DNA of 7,971 bases, from positions 1 through 7,971 of the IMG/VR virus record IMGVR_UViG_2600255005_000004; one strand, written 5' to 3'. Source of the DNA: a virus (Duplodnaviria; Heunggongvirae; Uroviricota; Caudoviricetes). The notes under the pieces are model-generated. The model searched no databases and was not told the origin of the DNA. It saw only the letters and a program-made list of their open reading frames with translations. Positions within the stretch are counted from its first letter, which is position 1. The number at the start of each line of letters is the position of its first letter. A program made the translations under genes and the position numbers. Below, piece by piece: positions 6,221-7,971 of the stretch.

Positions 6221-6469
6221 ATGATTACCAGTTATGAGGCCACTGTTGTAACTACTGATGACATTGTTCACGAGGTTAATCTGGAAGGAAAGCGTATTGG
6301 CTACGTGATTAAAACAGAAAATAAAGAAACCCCATTCACTGTGGTTGATATCGACGGTCCATCAGGCAACGTTAAAACACTTCACGAAGGTGTCAAAAAA
6401 ATGTGCCTGGTGCATACCGGAAAGAATCTGCCCGCAAGAAAAAAAAAGCCGAATTTCTGGCAACTCTAA
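6221..6469 (+). CDS. racC: RacC-like protein; C-terminus altered at an A9 homopolymer (82 aa in zero frame)
   Basis: Strong RBS (AAGGAG) before ATG 6221. Position between ydaE and recE as in Rac. An A9 run (6439-6447) precedes a short PNFWQL stop tail, whereas the -1 frame continues as AEFLATLIAMKIKR to a stop at 6490-6492, giving about 90 aa. Confidence 0.7.
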   Translation: MITSYEATVVTTDDIVHEVNLEGKRIGYVIKTENKETPFTVVDIDGPSGNVKTLHEGVKKMCLVHTGKNLPARKKKPNFWQL

Positions 6470-6504
6470 TTGCAATGAAAATTAAAAGGTGAAATCTGAA
6501 AGAA

Positions 6505-6529
6505 ATAGCCTGCGTATGGCGCAGGCTAT
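6505..6529. other. perfect 10-bp stem, 5-nt loop hairpin ATAGCCTGCG-tatgg-CGCAGGCTAT between racC and recE
   Basis: Read directly. No U-tract on the + strand; the - strand flank is only weakly T-rich. Function unclear. Confidence 0.35.
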
Positions 6530-6600
6530 GAACAGTGTGTATCCGGCAAGATCATTCACTGAACAAAACGAATTTTAATCTGAGTTGAGGTTAAAAAACA

Positions 6601-7971
6601 ATGAGCACAAAACCACTCTTCCTGTTACGGAAAGCGAAAAAATCATCCGGTGAACCTGACGTCGTCCTGTGGGCAAGCGACGATTTTGAATCGACCTGTG
6701 CCACTCTGGACTACCTGATCGTTAAGTCAGGTAAAAAACTGAGCAACTATTTTAAAGCTGTTGCCACAAATTTTCCTGTCGTTAATGACCTTCCCCCTGA
6801 AGGTGAGATCGATTTTACCTGGAGTGAACGCTATCAACTCAGCAAAGACTCCATGACATGGGAACTAAAACCGGGAGCAGCGCCAGACGACGTTCACCAC
6901 CAGGATAATGCTCAAGAAACCAACGAACTGGCGGGAGGCCAGGAAGAAAACGCGCAGGCAGACGCCCACGAGGATTGCCAGGATTGCGAAGTCTCTGTAG
7001 CCACTTTGCGGTTCACACAGCGTCTTCTGCACATTTTTACGTATGCGGCCGGGGATCGGAAATACCTGCATCATGCCACCCGAGAACAACGCGAACACAT
7101 TACTGCTCTTGAGATGGATCAGGAAAACAGCTATGTCCAGAATCTGCTGTTGGCCATACGCGGCATGGCAGAACCGACAACTCTGGATAATGCCGCCCTG
7201 CTCCACCTGACTGATGCAATTAAGGCAGTTTTCTCTATCACTAAAAAACATCAGCCCTATGAATTTAAGAATTTCATTTCAGCCTGGCTGGATACCGAAC
7301 ACATTGATCGCGGTCTTCTGACAAAAGAATGGCGAAAAGGGAATCGTGTTTCACGCATCACTCGCACGGCTTCCGGTGCTAATGCTGGCGGCGGGAACCT
7401 CACAGATCGCGGCGAAGGTTTCGTCCACGATCTGACGTCACTGGCGCGCGATATAGCCACTGGCGTACTGGCCCGTTCAATGGACGTGGACATCTATAAC
7501 CTTCATCCGGCACACGCTAAACGCATTGAGGAAATTATCGCTGAAAATAAACCGCCCTTTTCTGTTTTCCGCGACAAATTCATCACCATGCCTGGCGGGC
7601 TGGATTATTCCCGCGCCATCGTGGTTGCGTCCGTGAAAGAAGCACCAATTGGGATCGAGGTCATCCCCGCTCACGTCACTGCATATCTGAACAAAGTACT
7701 GACTGAAACCGATCATGCCAACCCTGATCCGGAAATCGTGGATATTGCCTGCGGTCGCTCCTCTGCCCCGATGCCGCAGCGAGTAACAGAAGAAGGAAAA
7801 CAGGATGATGAAGAAAAACTGCAACCATCTGGAACAACGGCAGCGTTTTTATGCCTGGCGAATTGCCTGTTCAACCTCAAAGCGATTTGTCACTTTGCTG
7901 TCGATTTTCACGTAAGCCGAATGTTCTTCTTCTGCAATCAACACTTCTTTGACGCCAGCCGTTTCCAGTAA
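6601..7971 (+). pseudogene. recE: recE (exonuclease VIII) N-terminal fragment, disrupted after about codon 411; the remaining ORF is antisense read-through of a convergent gene
   Basis: N-terminus [26 protein letters not shown]... and the segment [38 protein letters not shown]... match RecE of Rac as recalled. After ...EEKLQPSG (about 7833) the translation turns Cys/Phe-rich and junk-like while the opposite strand encodes a clean protein C-terminus. The C-terminal nuclease domain of the roughly 866-aa RecE is absent. Confidence 0.7.
7849..7971 (-). CDS. 3' end (last 40 codons) of an unidentified convergent gene; the gene start lies beyond the window
   Basis: Minus-strand frame reads ...[40 protein letters not shown] with stop at 7849-7851. 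Soluble-protein-like composition, while the sense recE frame degenerates in the same interval. Confidence 0.45.
   Translation of the reverse strand, partial: LLETAGVKEVLIAEEEHSAYVKIDSKVTNRFEVEQAIRQA

Noticed and set aside
5878-6271. Two - strand ORFs (86 and 66 aa) antisense to kilR, ydaE and racC
   Set aside because: AT-rich antisense shadows with Phe/Ile/Asn-rich translations and no start context.
6865-7824. Three - strand ORFs (128, 78 and 115 aa) inside recE
   Set aside because: All are antisense to the recognisable RecE frame and have junk-like, Cys/Phe/Arg-rich composition.
6601-7971. Reading the 456-aa ORF as an intact RecE variant
   Set aside because: The last 44 residues are non-protein-like and coincide with a clean opposite-strand coding frame. 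The nuclease domain expected in the C-terminal third of RecE is missing.
1-7971. CRISPR array, tRNA/rRNA genes, insertion sequences or integrase
   Set aside because: No regularly spaced direct repeats with unique spacers, no tRNA-like cloverleaf candidates that I could fold, and no transposase or integrase-like ORFs or terminal inverted repeats were seen in this window.

Overview
This window reads as the early/immunity region of a Rac-like lambdoid prophage of Enterobacteriaceae (E. coli/Shigella type), inverted relative to the E. coli K-12 Rac map. Identification rests on family motifs, gene order and sizes recalled from memory; no database search was run. Leftward (- strand) operon: Cro/YdaS-like HTH, YdaT-like (CII-analogous), YdaU/O-like replication initiator, DnaC-like helicase loader, then three uncharacterised genes. 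Rightward (+ strand): an XRE-family RacR-like repressor, then the early-left genes ydaG, ydaF, kilR, ydaE, racC and a disrupted recE, with sieB antisense between ydaF and kilR. No CRISPR array, tRNA/rRNA or IS element was seen. I did not find a clearly novel system. The points most worth follow-up are: (1) a 15-bp operator motif TGAACT-N3-AGTACA in five copies flanking the repressor gene; (2) a 19-bp palindrome GTAACGC-N5-GCGTTAC in three copies about 200 bp apart in and upstream of the replication-initiator gene, a candidate origin; (3) an A9 tract in racC forming a dnaX-type slippery heptamer, where a -1 shift restores a protein-like C-terminus; (4) recE broken after about codon 411 exactly at the 3' end of a convergent unknown gene at the window edge; (5) an unassigned three-gene module at the left end.
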